A stretch of DNA of 64,000 nucleotides from Cyanophora paradoxa CCMP329 (lineage: Eukaryota; Plantae; Glaucophyta), in the NCBI GenBank assembly GCA_004431415.1, contig QPMI01000439.1, positions 310,001-374,000 on the forward strand. The letters are read 5' to 3'. Made by a program: the position numbers and the translations under genes. This document shows positions 32,617 through 45,400 of the stretch, piece by piece (the stretch's first letter is position 1; the number at the start of each line of letters is the position of its first letter). The notes below the pieces were generated by a model. It was not told the DNA's origin and did not search any database. It was given only the letters and a program-made list of their open reading frames with translations.

Positions 32617-35600
32617 ATGTCGGAGCACGCATTCGTGCCGTCGCTCCCTGGGGCGAGCAGTTCGCGCGGCTGCCCCCCCTCCTCCAGTGCATGCATCAGT
32701 AGTTCAGCGGCGCGTGCGCCAGCGACCGCTCGTGCCGCGGTCCAGCCGGAGGCGGCGGCGCGCTCCTCCGCCTCGCGCTGTCCCCAGTCGCTCTGGAGGC
32801 ACGAAGAACAGAGCCAAGCACGCGAGCTTCTCTCCAGCTTCCGATCCCCGGTCTTCGGGTCCACCAGCCCGAGGCTCCGGTTTCAAGTCAACCAGCGCCT
32901 AGCGGGGGAGCCGCGGACATTCCTCGTGAGGGCCATACAAGCGACGTCCAGTCCACAGGATCCGAGCGGCGATCGGGTGCGCTCCGCCCTGAACCTGGGT
33001 CGCACGCCCCCTGCACGTGTCGGAGGGCGCGTGCCCCGCTGCCCAGGCTCACTGCATTCTTCTTTCCCACTTGCGCAGCATCGCAAACTAGTAAAGGTCG
33101 CTCTCACGTTCGCGGCAAGCTGTGCAGCGGCTTTTGTCCTTAGGGCGGTCCGCGCTGGCTCTCTGGACGCCCTGCCGCTTCCCTTCCGGCCTGCAGCACT
33201 CGGCATTGGAAAGATCATCGCTATTGTCGTTGCTTCATGCCTCCTGGCAGTCGTTGCGAAGTTCGCTATCACTGCCGGTCTGCCTTCGTCCCTGCGACGC
33301 CTCGCGCGCGTCCCTGATGTGCGGCTCTTCTTTTTCTCCTTGCGCAGACTCCGCAGAAAAGAAACTTCAGACCTGGTTGACCCCGGAGAAGCCAGCCGCG
33401 GGCCCCACGTGCGCGCCACGCGCACCGCCTGTGGACCGTCGTCTCACCCCTTTGCGCGCGCGCAGCGTGGGGGACAATGCGTCTTGGTACAGGAGATCCC
33501 TCGCTAGCGGGATCGCGCGCGCGTCGGGCCTGATGAACAGTCCCCCTCCGGACTTGTCCAGCCACATCGTCCTCGCGCGCGAGTCCTCTGGCCGCGCGAA
33601 GAAGAAGCGTTCCTACGTGATCCAGGCACGCGTAGCGCAGCGGCCGCACCGCGCGATCGCCTGCCTGCCGCTAACGAGCGCCGCGCCCGCAGAACGGGAA
33701 GCTGACGGCGGTGGCGGACCGGGATGACCGGCCCGTGCTTGAGCGCTTCCGCGACCTCGTGACGACTATGTACCTTCCGCTCGGCTTCCCGGACAGCGTC
33801 ACGCCGGATTACTGGCACTTCACCGTGTGGCAGGTCCGCCGGATTCAAATTTGATCCGGTCTCTCTCTCGCTCGCTCTCGCCTCTCGCCGACGCGCCGCC
33901 GCTCCGCAGTTCATCCAGAACTTCGCCGCGTCTGCGTGCTCGGTCATCTCCACGCAGGCGCTGCTCCGCGCCGTCGGGCTCTCGGCCGGCAAGGCCATCC
34001 CGACCGCGGCGACGCTCAACTGGGTGCTCAAGGATGGCATCGGCCGCATCGGCGCCATGATCTTCGGTTCGCTCTTCGGCAACTGCTTCGACAACGACCC
34101 GAAGCGGTGGCGGCTCGCCGGGGACGCGCTCTACGACATGGGAATGGGCCTCGAGATCCTCTCCCCGCTCGTCCCGTCCTTCTTCCTGCTCACGGCCTCC
34201 ACCGCCAACGCGGCGAAGACCATCTCGTACATGATGCGGCTCCCGCCCCGCGCCGCCATCTTCCGCTCCTTCGCCGGCCGCGAGAACCTCGGGGACATCT
34301 CCGCAAAGTACAACTCCCAGGAGGTACAAGCGTACCTGTTCAAACTTTCTTATCTATCTAAACTGATCTGATCTATCTTACAGGTTGCCGCGAACCTGGC
34401 GGGAATGGGCCTCGGCATCGCCCTCTCTACGGTCGTGGGCGTGCAGGCCGGCCCCGCCTTCGCCGCCTACGCCCTCCTCGTCTCCACGCACCTCTACGCC
34501 AACTACAGGAGCCTTAAGGTACCCCCTCCTCTCTTTTCCTTTCATTACCTTTGTTATTCCTGCAACTTATCCGGCCCAACTTTCTCTTGTTAGGACCTGC
34601 GCCTTCCCACGCTCAACTGGGAGCGCATGCTCGTGCTCCTCCGGTCGTACGTCGAGGGCGGGCGCATCCCCGAGCCCCTCGAGGTACCGTACCCCCGCAC
34701 GCGCTGTTTTTTAAAGTGCCCTGTACCCCCGCCGACTCGTCCCGAAAGGTGAACCACGCGGAGCGGATCCTGTACCTCCCGGGCACGGAGCAGCGCCAGA
34801 TCCACTTCGGGGCCGCCCTCGAGGACGTGCGCCCCTACCCCCCTCTTCCATCCCGTACCCCCCGCCCTCGACCCGGCCTCGCTGACGTACCCCTCTTCAA
34901 AAAAATCAGATTGCGGAGAACGCGGAGGAGCTGGGCCAGCTGATGCTCCTGTACAGAGATGAGAAGTATATGGTCAATTGGCGGGTACGCTATTTGATCC
35001 GCCTTGCTCTGTTTGTGCTCGATCTAAGACTCCGTTCGTTCATGCAGGACGGTCGCGCTGTCTGCGTCGTCAAGGGCAACGCGAACACAATGGACCTGCT
35101 CAAGTGCCTCCTCCAGGTTCGAACCCGGAACTTGATATATCTTTCGGATCAGATCATCTGAGCGTCTGTCTACCAGGCCGGACGCCTGTACCAGCGGATG
35201 CAGGGCCTTACCGGCCTTCGCCCCGCCACGGCGAACGAGCTGGAGCTCCGCTCTTCTGGGCGCGTCCTCGAGGAATCCTACGCATTCGCCCAGGCCCGCT
35301 TCGGCCGCTTCTACCGAGCCCTCGAGCAGCAGGTGCCTAGTACTTGATACGCGTGCAGCCGTCCAAGAGCCTAAGAGTTCGGGCAGGGCTGGAACGTGAC
35401 TCACGTGCTCTTCGAGCCCGGCTGCCGCGTCTCCTACGACACGGCGCTCGTGCTGCCCGCCCTGGGGGTACAGATCCCCGAGGAGCGGCCCGAGCACGTG
35501 GTCTGGGAGGGCAGCGTACCCTCCCAGCCCTCGAACCCCCACCCGGCCGCCTTCGCCGCGGCGGCGGCGGCCGCCGCCGCCGGCGGACGCGAGGGCGGCC

Positions 35601-35644
35601 CGGGCGTACCCTCCCCGAACTCCATCCCCCCGGCCTCTCGGTAG
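32617..35644 (+). CDS. RUS (root UVB sensitive)/DUF647 family protein with plastid transit peptide
   Basis: LPLGFPDSVTPDYWHFTVW, VISTQALLRAVG, ATLNWVLKDGIGRIGAMIF, FDNDPKRWRL, FAGRENLGDISAK, LPTLNWER; the N-terminus MSEHAFV... is Ser/Ala/Arg rich. Confidence 0.92.
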
Positions 35645-36627
35645 GGGCCGGGCCTCAGCGGCTCCTCCGCTTCATATGAGGCGGCCCCGGACCGCCCTCG
35701 TTTATGGTTACTGTAGTCCCGTACGAGATCTCGAGACAGTAATATTTGGACTCCCTTCGAGCCGATGCAAGCCCCGCAGCATCTGTAGAGTACCCCCGGC
35801 AAGCTCGTGCTAGCGTATGCAAAACTTTTCAATTGCAGCGATGCAAGTGCTTTTCATGATTAGCTAGGCATGGGCGTCGACGCTAGAAGTAGCGATTGTG
35901 TACATGTGACAGGCACTGACAGCAGCCTCAATGCCGCTCGGGGCGGTGGACGGGGGATCGGAGGGGCGACGGTGCCGGCGGAGCTCGCGGTCGAGCGGGG
36001 CGTCGGCGCTCGCGGGGCACGTGTACCATGTACATGTGACAGCGCTAGCAGCCTCACGGTCGCGTTGGCCGCCGGCCCCCCGGGCCGGGGCGGTGCCACG
36101 GTAGACGGGGGAGGGGCGGGGGCGGCGCGGCGACTCGGCGAGCCGACCCCGGGCCCGGCCCGGCGGGCGCGTGGCCGTCGACGTCGGGGGCCGGCGGCTC
36201 GCTGCGCGTGAGGGCGGGCCGCCGGCTGCCCGGGGCGGTGGACGGCGGAGGGGCTGCGGCGCCGGCGGTGGCGGAGTGGCGAACTCCGGGAGACCGGGGA
36301 GGGCTCGTGGGCCGCCGCGGGGGTGGAGCCGCGCGGCTCGGGCGAGAGCTCGAGGGAGCGGCGCGGCCCGGGGCCGGGCGCGGGCGCGGTCGTCCGCAAA
36401 GGTCACCGGGCGCGGCCGCCGTCGCCTGTAACCCCCGCAGCTGCTCCGCCTGCAGCTGCTCGCCTCCCGTCGTCAAAAGGGGATGGGGGGGATGGGGGGG
36501 GAGGGGGGGGGCGGGGGGCGGGGGCGGGGCGGCGAGGGGGGGGGGGGGGACCCGGGAGTGGGGGTGGAGGGGTGGGGGGGGGGGGGGAGGGAGGGGAAGC
36601 TGATGAAGAAAAGGGGGCACCGCGATC

Positions 36628-39600
36628 TTAATACTTGGGCAACTCCTCTCGGAGGCCCTCGATGAGAGCGCCGGCTGCCTTGTTCACTGCGTCGTCCCCC
36701 TCCCCGTATTTGCATTGTTCCGTCCAGTTCACGGAAGACAACATCATCTGCCGCGAACGCCATTCAGTCAGCCGAGGCGTGGGGGAAAGCACATGTGCAA
36801 CTGCACTCTGTAGTCCGCGCGCAGCGCGATGGACTTCCAATCGACGAGCCACACTGCCGCCTCCGGTTTCAGATGGCTGTACCCAATTGCAAGGGTAAAC
36901 AAGGGTGAACGGTACCAGGAAACTTGGGAATTCGTAGTTCATGGGCGAAAAGCATCTTTCGTGATCATGATCAGGCGGTTAGATTGTACGAGTACGTATG
37001 CGCGCAGGGCCTGCAGCTAGCTGGCCACAAGGCATGCATGCCTCGTCATCGCAGTTCTTGGACGAAAGATAGGCCGGCGAGAGGAAGCATATGAAGGACT
37101 TGCAGCGCTCCATCGCTTCCTGCACCGACCCGCTTATTAATCAATTAAATATATCACAATATCATAGTATAGCGCGGGGAAGGCATATGATCTTGAGCAT
37201 CGTGCACCGCGATCTTGAGCATCCATCTCTGGCCCGCCTTCAGCTCGCGATCCACCCTGTGATCGCGAACCAGTGAGCGAAAGGTGGAAAGCCGCGTCCA
37301 CACGGAGCGGAGGGAGACCATATTTTGATGCCGGCCGCCTGGAGCAAGTCGCAGTAGCGGAAGACGACCGCCGCGTCGACGTGCGCGTAGCTGCGTGGCG
37401 AATCGATATCGTGAGGCGTGGATTAGCAGCAGGACTCCGAGGCTCCGGGAGGAAGGCCCGCTGGCGCTCGCCTCACGAAGCAGTCCCAGGTGTTCTCGTG
37501 CGGCGTGTGCTGCGTCGCCGGTGCGTGCTGTTGCATGGCCGGGTGCCACGTCGCCGGCGTGGGCGACCCGGCTGCAGCCGCGGCCGGTGGCGACAAAGTC
37601 GGAGACGTTGCGTGATGCGGGGCAAGCTGCGTAGGAGGCGGGGGCGAAGGGCTGAACGAGGCTGGACCCGGCTGCAACACGGCAGGAGCAGCAGCTGCAG
37701 GAGAACTGGCCACGGCTGACTGCGGAAGAAGTGAGAGGCGGCGCTGCGAAAGCGGTACAGCTGCAGTCACTCTTACCGGCGTCGAGGGGACAGAAACAGT
37801 GAGCTGCTTGAACTGTTGGGTCAGTGCGGGAGCAGGCTGCAGCAAGGCGTGAGGGGCGTCGGCGTGAAACCGAGAAGGTTGCATACCCCAAAGGGGGTTT
37901 CGATTGTATTCAAGGCGTGCGGGATGAAAGTTGGCGGAGGCTGCCGTGCACTGTGAGAAGCTCATGACTACTGTGCGCGAGGCGATGTAGACCCACCGCA
38001 AAGACTGCCGGGGCGGCGCCGGCGGCGAAACCACAAGGTGGCACTGGCCATGGTGTGGCAGACTGAATGCCGTCGAACCATGGCAGGTTGGAGCCTAGGA
38101 ACGGTGAAGGGGGGGGGGGGGGGGGGAGGGGGGAGGGGGGGCGGGTCAGGAAGCGGGCGGGGGCAGCGCCGGGAGGGGAGGGGCCGGGAAGGGGTCAAAA
38201 GAAAGCGGGCGGGGGCGGGGAAGGGGAGGGAGGGGGAGCGGAGAGGGTTCAGGAGAAGCGGACAGGGGCGGCGCCGGGCGGGGGCGGCGCCGGCGCCGGG
38301 AGGAGAAGGGGGATGGGGGAGCAGGGAGGGGTCGAGAGGAAGCGGGCGGATGCAGCGCCGGGAGGGAAGAGGGCGGGGGCGGCGGTCAAGAGAAAGCGGG
38401 GGTGGAGGGGGGGGGGAGGGGGCGAGGGCGAGGGGTAGCAGAAAGGGGTCAGGAGGAAGCGAGCGGGGGCGGCGCCGGGAGGGGAATCCGGGGAGGGGAG
38501 AGGGGGGGGGGGGGGGGGGGGGGGCGTTTAGGGCGTTTGGGGCGCGTCTTCTCACCATTTCGGGCGCGCGCAGCATCCTTGGTCAGCATCGAGATGTGGG
38601 CCCCTTGTTGAGCGAGGAGGATCAAGCGCATCGCCATGCAGAACTCGATGCGCCCAAGTGATGGCTGACCATTGGCGGTTGCCTCCCAGACCTGCGAAAA
38701 TCCTCACTCAAACATTTATATATTAAATTTAAATTAAATGATTAAATTTGAGCTCACCCGTTTTAGAACATCACGGGAAAGGCCGGACTTGAGCAGAAAC
38801 TGAGCCTCGGCGCTGCAGCGACGCCACGTATGATGAGGGGAGATTAATTATATAATTTGAAGAAAAGGTCGAACATATACAATCAAATACGCACCCATTT
38901 ATTTGGCCGTCGCGGTCTTGATCGGCTAGCTTGAAAAGATGCTGGTAAAAGTTGCGCTCTTGCTCAGAAAGCTGCAGGCCTTGGCCTAGGTCTCCTGCAG
39001 TACTCGCTGACGGGACGGGGCGCAAGCTGTCCGATGATGGGGAAGGAGACGAGGGGGGGGGGGATGCCGATCGCGACGCTGGCCGCGGCGCCGCAGAATG
39101 AGCCGCGGGGTTGGCAGCCGTCTCGGGCTGCGGTACAGCTTGTTAGATGCGCACGCGGCAGCTGCAGAGGGAAAGCGGCATGGCCACCGTGACACACATA
39201 CCCTCGCACTAGGGGCAGGGGGAGACTTCTTATCTCTGTCACATCCGGATCCGGCCAGATCTCGCTTGACGAGCCCCGTCGGTTCGAATTGCAAGCCAGT
39301 AAGCTGCCGGAAGAAAATAGTGTGAGTGGGCATGAGCGCTTTGGCAGGAGGGCGGCGCTTTGGCATGAATGCCTTGTTTAGAATGGAAAAGAGACTCGAT
39401 GTGCCAACACGGTGAAGCATCTGGTGATAGACAAAGTGCGAGTGAAAGAAATTGAGTTCCTTCTCCCGCCCCTGCGACATACTGCGCCGCTCATTGATTT
39501 CCTTCTGACTGCGATTTATGACTCCAATCCAGCCGTTCTTGCGAGGCAAAAGCTCTCCGGAGAGTAGGTCACCCGCATCTGTTCCTTGATCCATAAGGTC

Positions 39601-41053
39601 CAGCTTCGTTAGCACAGCGAGCGTGCGGTCGCCTGCGACAGCGGATCCGGAGCAATATTAATATAAATGCATGCGCGTGATCATGATCATCGACAGAGCG
39701 GAGATCATTAAAATATTCATTGAAGAGAGAAAGCACCCTTGGGGTCAACCTGCTTGCACAGATCAATCGCAACGGAGTTGGCAACATCGGTGTTGGAAGC
39801 AGTCACGGCCTGCGCATCCCGCAGTGCGCCAGGTGGGCGGTACGCAATACAGCCCCCGCATCATGATCATGCGCACCAGCATGAAAGTATCCTTCTTTAA
39901 TATGTGGTGCATCACCATCTTTCGGATTTGCTGATCGATGTCCGCGGGCTGATTACCTAGATCCGAATATTGCAAGCGTGAGCAAGCGATTGGGGAAAGT
40001 TGGAGCAAAGTCTGATCATGAGCCCTACGCACCGGCTGGCACTTTAGTGAGCCCAGGGAGATCGACAAGCGTGACGCTGTGACCTGCAGCAAATCAAAGA
40101 GATTTACGTGAGCGCATCGATCTCGAAATCGAATCAGGGCGAGAGATCATGCAGTGAGAATCGAAGATAATAATAGTGCACCATAATCATGCGGAGAGCA
40201 GATTTTCAAGTAGATGGGGTCGCTCGAGATGCCCAAGTTGCCGCCGGTCTTCCGGTCGGTCTCCAAAATGATCTCCTGGCGGACCTCCTCGAAATCGTAC
40301 CATTTCCGGCCCAGTTGATGCCGAAACTCAGCGAATGTTTCTGCGCAACAGGAATCGAACAGGTGCTGAGTTCACTTAAGCGCACCACAAGCGGTGCTAG
40401 ATCTAGAATTCGAATTCGAACGCAAACAGAACAGACCACTCAACGGCTGGAAGAGGAGCTCGATGATAAGAGGCCGGCGGGTGACTGATCATGAACGTCG
40501 GTTAGTAATATATATATCGATCATAAGGATGATCATCGCGATCGGAGGATATATAGACGATCCGCGCAAGGTCCTATATAGCTAGCTATATATAGACTCA
40601 CCGATACCACTCCCACGCGGAAGAAACTCGATGCCGACAAGATTCTCGAGCACACTGAAGGCATGTATTGGGCGCCAATATTAATTGCAATTGCAAAGGA
40701 GGAAGCGAGAATGCATATGGAAGCCTGGCAGCGAGGATGCACCTCGACTTCCCGCAAGATTGCGCTCCAACAACCTTCGATCAAGACCATACCAGGAAGG
40801 CGCGCGACCGGATATTAGTAGTCACATGCAGACAGCCGCTGAGCACCTATTAATTAATAATGCGCACCACAATTTGCGACACATTCTCAAGAGGCGGCAG
40901 AGCCTCGAAATCAGACTGAGGCAAGGGTATTCAAAGGGCTGCCACATTGAGCAAATTAAAGAAAGTGGAGCGCTAGCTCACCGTTTTGGATGGATTGAGG
41001 GCCGGACGATCTAACTTTTTCTCCCTAGCGATCCAGCTCTTGAACTTCGACAT
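36628..41053 (-). CDS. Dynamin-family GTPase domain - EH domain - Pro-rich linker - TIR domain fusion protein
   Basis: In-phase exons give [63 protein letters not shown] (dynamin G1-G5); [39 protein letters not shown]...EFCMAMRLI (EH); WDCFVSYAHVD...[63 protein letters not shown] (TIR). Confidence 0.85.
38110..38520. repeat. G-rich degenerate minisatellite intron
   Basis: About five imperfect copies of (a/g)agcgggcggggg(c)(a/g)gcgccgggagggg between poly-G runs, inside the intron after the EH domain. Confidence 0.7.
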
Positions 41054-42464
41054 TATAATTATGCTGCGCTCATGATCATGATCAGCGCGGTGATCATGAG
41101 CTCGAGATGCGACGCGAGGCAGTAGGCCTAGGCCTAGGCGGCCGCGATCTCGAGTGCGCATGCAGTTAGCTACAGTAGTCGCACCCTGCTCCTGTCTGCG
41201 CCTGGCTGCGGCCGGCGTGTAAATGTACCTCTGATCTGCAATCATGATCATTTCAGAGTGCCTTCCGAGATGCAGCGCTAGCTGCAGCTGTGTGCGCATC
41301 ATGCATACGGCATGCGGCCGGCGGCCGCCCGCGCGCGGCCGCAGATCTAGACAGTCAGACGCGTGCGGGTCCCCCAATGGTCGGGCCCGGGCCCGGGGGG
41401 TCGGGGCCGGGGCGGCAATGAGCAATTATGGTGGCCATGGTCTTACCTTCCGAAGTTCGCTCGGTTAAGCCACGCGGTTCGAATTCGCTTACGATCCGAT
41501 GATCAGCCGCAGCGGCCGTATCTTGTGATCCGCCGTCCGGTCCGCGGCGCCGGCCGCGCCGGGTCTGGCCATGACCATCCATGTGTCAGCAAGCTTAAGC
41601 GCGCGGCGAGAGCGCGGTCTGGGTTTTTGCGGCCACTTCGCGACCCGCTGCCGGGCCGCGCGCAGCGGCGGGCGCGGCGCGGCCGCGGCCGCGGACAGCG
41701 GCCCGGCCGCGGCCGGCGAAAGTGTGTGGGCTGAGTGCTGCGCACCTTTTCTGGATTGCGAGAGAACAACGATTGTTGTCCTAGCGCTGCTAACTGCCGA
41801 ATTGCGCGAACCTTCTAACTGCCACTGTTCTGCGAACGAAGATTTGTTTCTCTATACCCCCGGAAATTTGATCTCGCCGGCCGCCGCGCCAGCTTTCGAA
41901 TTCCCAGCTGCTAGCCATGGCCATCCGATGCATCATGATCATATCATCATGCCATGATGATCGCCGCCGAGTCGCCGAGTCAATAGCACTGCAGCATGCG
42001 CAGGCCTCGAAGATCGATATCGGCGCCAGCGCGCGCGGCGCCGGCACGCGTACGTGCCACGGTGCATCATGCGCATCATGGCATGCGATATCGATGCTCC
42101 GGCCGGCGCCGGCGTCCGACGGTCTCGAGGCACAGAAATGCGCGCATGCGCACTAGTACTGCGGCACCTCGCTCGCCTATATAATATATAGCTGGCGCCT
42201 CCGCCACATCGATATCCTATCCCCCGAGCCGGGCCCTCCGAGGCTCGGGGCCAACACGAGCGTGGCGCAGGCTCGGCCGCGGCGGGGCGGGCCTGCCGGC
42301 TATAGACATCCGAAGTGGGGCGCATCGTACCCTGCAAGCTAGCGCCGGAGTGCAGCAGTACCCGGCGGCCCAGGCCACGGATATGCAGCATCATTTAATA
42401 ATGCCCTATAATCCTCAAACAAACAAACACGATCGCGGGCGCGGCCGGCGACCCGGGCGCCTAT

Positions 42465-45400
42465 CTATCCGAAGTGGAAGGTGAACTGCATGTTCTGCCC
42501 CCCGAAGTTCTGGAAGGGGTTCCCCTGCTGCTGGGGGACCTGCGGGGGTAGAGGGCGCGCCGTCGGTTAGGCTGGGCCAGGCCGGGGGTTGGGCTGGGCT
42601 AGGCGACACGGGTACGGTTCCTTGTTTATGGAGGGAGGGCGCCGTCGGTTAGGCTAAGGGGGGAGAGGCTTTTTGATTTCTATTCCAAGCTCCTTGTTTG
42701 TGGAGGGAGAGCGCCGTCGGTTAGGCGGCGCGGGTTCGTTCCCTGTTTATGGATCCGGAGACGATGTCGGTTCGTTCTAATTCACAAGGGGGTACGGTTC
42801 TTTCTTTGTTTCTTTGTTTATGGAGGGGGGGGGGTACGCGCCTGGACGTCCTCGCCGTTGTCGTACCTGCGGCGCTTCTCCTCGTCCGAGAGCACCTCGT
42901 ACGCCTGCACGTGTACCCCCGCCCGGCCCGCGTCACGACCAGCCCGGGGCTGAGACGCGAAGAGGCGGCGCGGCGCGCCCAGCTAGCGTGGCGTGACTCT
43001 CAGCTAGCCGGCTAGCGCCGCTAGTTCTTGAGCGAGGGGGCTTTCGGTCTAGTATAGTATAATCTAGTCTGCTCTAAGCCTTTACTTAGTGCGGCGGGGG
43101 CAGGGCGGGGGCGGGGCGGGGTGGGGGCGGGGCGGGGGCGGGGCGGGGCGGGGCGGGGCGGGGGCGCGGGGCGCGGGGGCCGGCCGGCTTCGGCGATGTC
43201 TAGCAAGTAGAGTCTAATAGAGTCTATTAATCTAGCTCAAGATTCTGATTCTGGGTATAGATCACGATACTATAGCTCACGATCCTATAGCTCACGATCC
43301 TATAGCTCAGCGGTTCCGCATTCTATAGTTCAAGATTCTATAGGGCGGGGGCGAGGGGTGGGGGCCTGCCGACCTCGGCGATGTCGTGGAAGAGCTAGAG
43401 TCTAATAATATAGCTAATTCTCAAGCTTCCAAGTCGAAGTCTAGAGTCTAGAGTCTTAGAGTCTAGAGTCTAAGCTTTCAAGCTTCAGATTTTAGTACTC
43501 TTTCGAGGCTGGAACTTCGGACCTCGGCGATGTCGTGGAAGAGCTTGACGGCGGCGTCCTTCTCCTCCTGCGTCGTCTGCTTGTCCGGGTGGTGCCTGCC
43601 GGGGGAGAAAGGGGACGAGGGGGGTCAGGCGAGAGGCGGGGCGGGACGGGGACAGAGGAGGGCGAAGGGCGGGGCGAAGGGCGGGGGGACGGCGGAGAGA
43701 GGCGAGGGCTCTACGCATCGGGCGATCGATCTAGGCGCGGCGAGGCGAGGGCGGCGGAGCGGGAGGCCTGTTTGGATCTAGTTCCTATGCCGCCTTATTC
43801 TCTAGCCTATCTCTGCGAGTTTCGCTTCTTCTCTCGGCAGCTCTGGCGCGCGCACTTGAGCGCCAGCTTGCGGTACGTCTTCTTGATGAGGTCCACGGGG
43901 GCGTCCCGGGGTACGCCAAGGATCTGGAATGGGGTGGGGGGGGTGGGGGGGGGGGGATCCGGATCAGGCCTGTCCCGGGGGCGGCGAGGGGGGGGAAGGG
44001 AGAGCGGGGAGGGCGGTGCTCCACCTTGTAGTAGTCCTTGCGCTTGCTCATCTCGAGGAGCCGCTGGGCGCGGGCGTACCTAAACGCGCGGGCCCGGGAC
44101 GCCCCCGGACGGTCAGAGGTGATGAGAAGGACGGGGCGGCGCTATCCCCGCCCGGCCCGGCCCGGCCCGCCCCGGCCCGGCCTGGCCAGCGGTGGGGTAG
44201 GTGCTGGGCGCGGGGCGCGGAGCGGGCGTGCGAAGCCGGTCGGAGGCGGGCGCTGTCTAGTCCCCTCTGGCCGGTCCATCCCGGTCTAGCGAAAGCGGGC
44301 GGGCGCTGTCTAGTCCGCTCTGGCGCTGTCTAGTCCGCTCTGGCGCTGTCTAGTCCCCTCGGGCGCGGGGCGGCGCGCGGGCGTACCCCTCCCGGGCCTC
44401 CTGGTTCCCCTGGTCCCGCTCGTGCGCGCTCTTGAAGTCCTGCACGGCCTGCGAGAACGCGTTACCCCCCTGAACCGGGCCGCGCCCGGCCGGGCGCCCC
44501 AGAAGAGGAGGGCTCGGGCGGGCGGGCTAGGGCTAGGGCTACGGGCGACCCCGGGCGCGGGGCGCGGGCGAGGAGAGCACGTTACCGGGCCGGCCCGCCG
44601 GGGGCGGGCCGGGAGCGGGCGGGCGGGCTGGGGCTAGGGCTAGGGGCGACCCCAGGCGCGGGGCGCGGGCGAGGCGAAAGCGTCACCCCCTCGAACGGGC
44701 CGGGTCGGGCCGGGGGTGGGAGGGCTAGGGCTTAAGGCCGGAGGCGGGGAGGGGAGGAGTTTAGGAAGGGGGGGTACGGGCGCACCGACTCCCATTCCTC
44801 GAGCTTGAGCTTGGCCTCACCCCTGCGCCCCGCGGCTCGGATCAGCGGGCGCGGCTCGACAGAAATCACACTCTCTTCTGCCGAGAGTGATCTCTAGATC
44901 TAGACAGAACTTTCGGACTAGACCCAGAGATCCTCTAGGAGATCTCTCGATCCTCTTGAACAGAACAGATTAGATCTTTAGATCTTTAGGGCGCACCGCT
45001 GGATCCAGGCCTCGACGAGGCCGCCGTCGGCGTCGATGGCGCGCGTGCACGCCTCCACGCCCTTCGCCCACTCCCCGCCCTGCAGGGGGAGCGAGAGGGC
45101 GTCAGCGGGGGCTTTAGAGAGGCTCTAGCGTCTGCCCAGAGCCCCGACGCGGGCGAGGGAGAGGGGGTGAGCGGGGTGGGGGTGGGGGGGAGGGAGGGAA
45201 GCCCGGCGGCTTCAGGCTTTAAGAAGGGCTCTAGCGTGGTGAGAGGGGGGGGGAGGGGGAGGGGGGGGGTGAGCGGGGTGGGGTGGGGGGGGGGAAAGGA
45301 GGCGGGGGTTGTGGGGCCTTAGCGGGGCTCTAGCGACGAACTAGGGCGATAAGGAGGGGGGAAGGGGGAAAGAGGACGCGGGGGGTACGGGACCTTGACG

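Noticed and set aside
35860-36620. Several overlapping 100-190 aa ORFs on both strands
   Set aside because: Very high GC, Pro/Arg/Gly/Ala low complexity and no recognisable motif; a gene cannot be supported.
38555-41053. Ordinary EHD/RME-1 protein (dynamin-like domain + EH)
   Set aside because: The motifs are those of true dynamins ([29 protein letters not shown]), not EHD ATPases (GQYSTGKT, DTPG, NKAD); the EHD helical domain is missing and a TIR domain follows.
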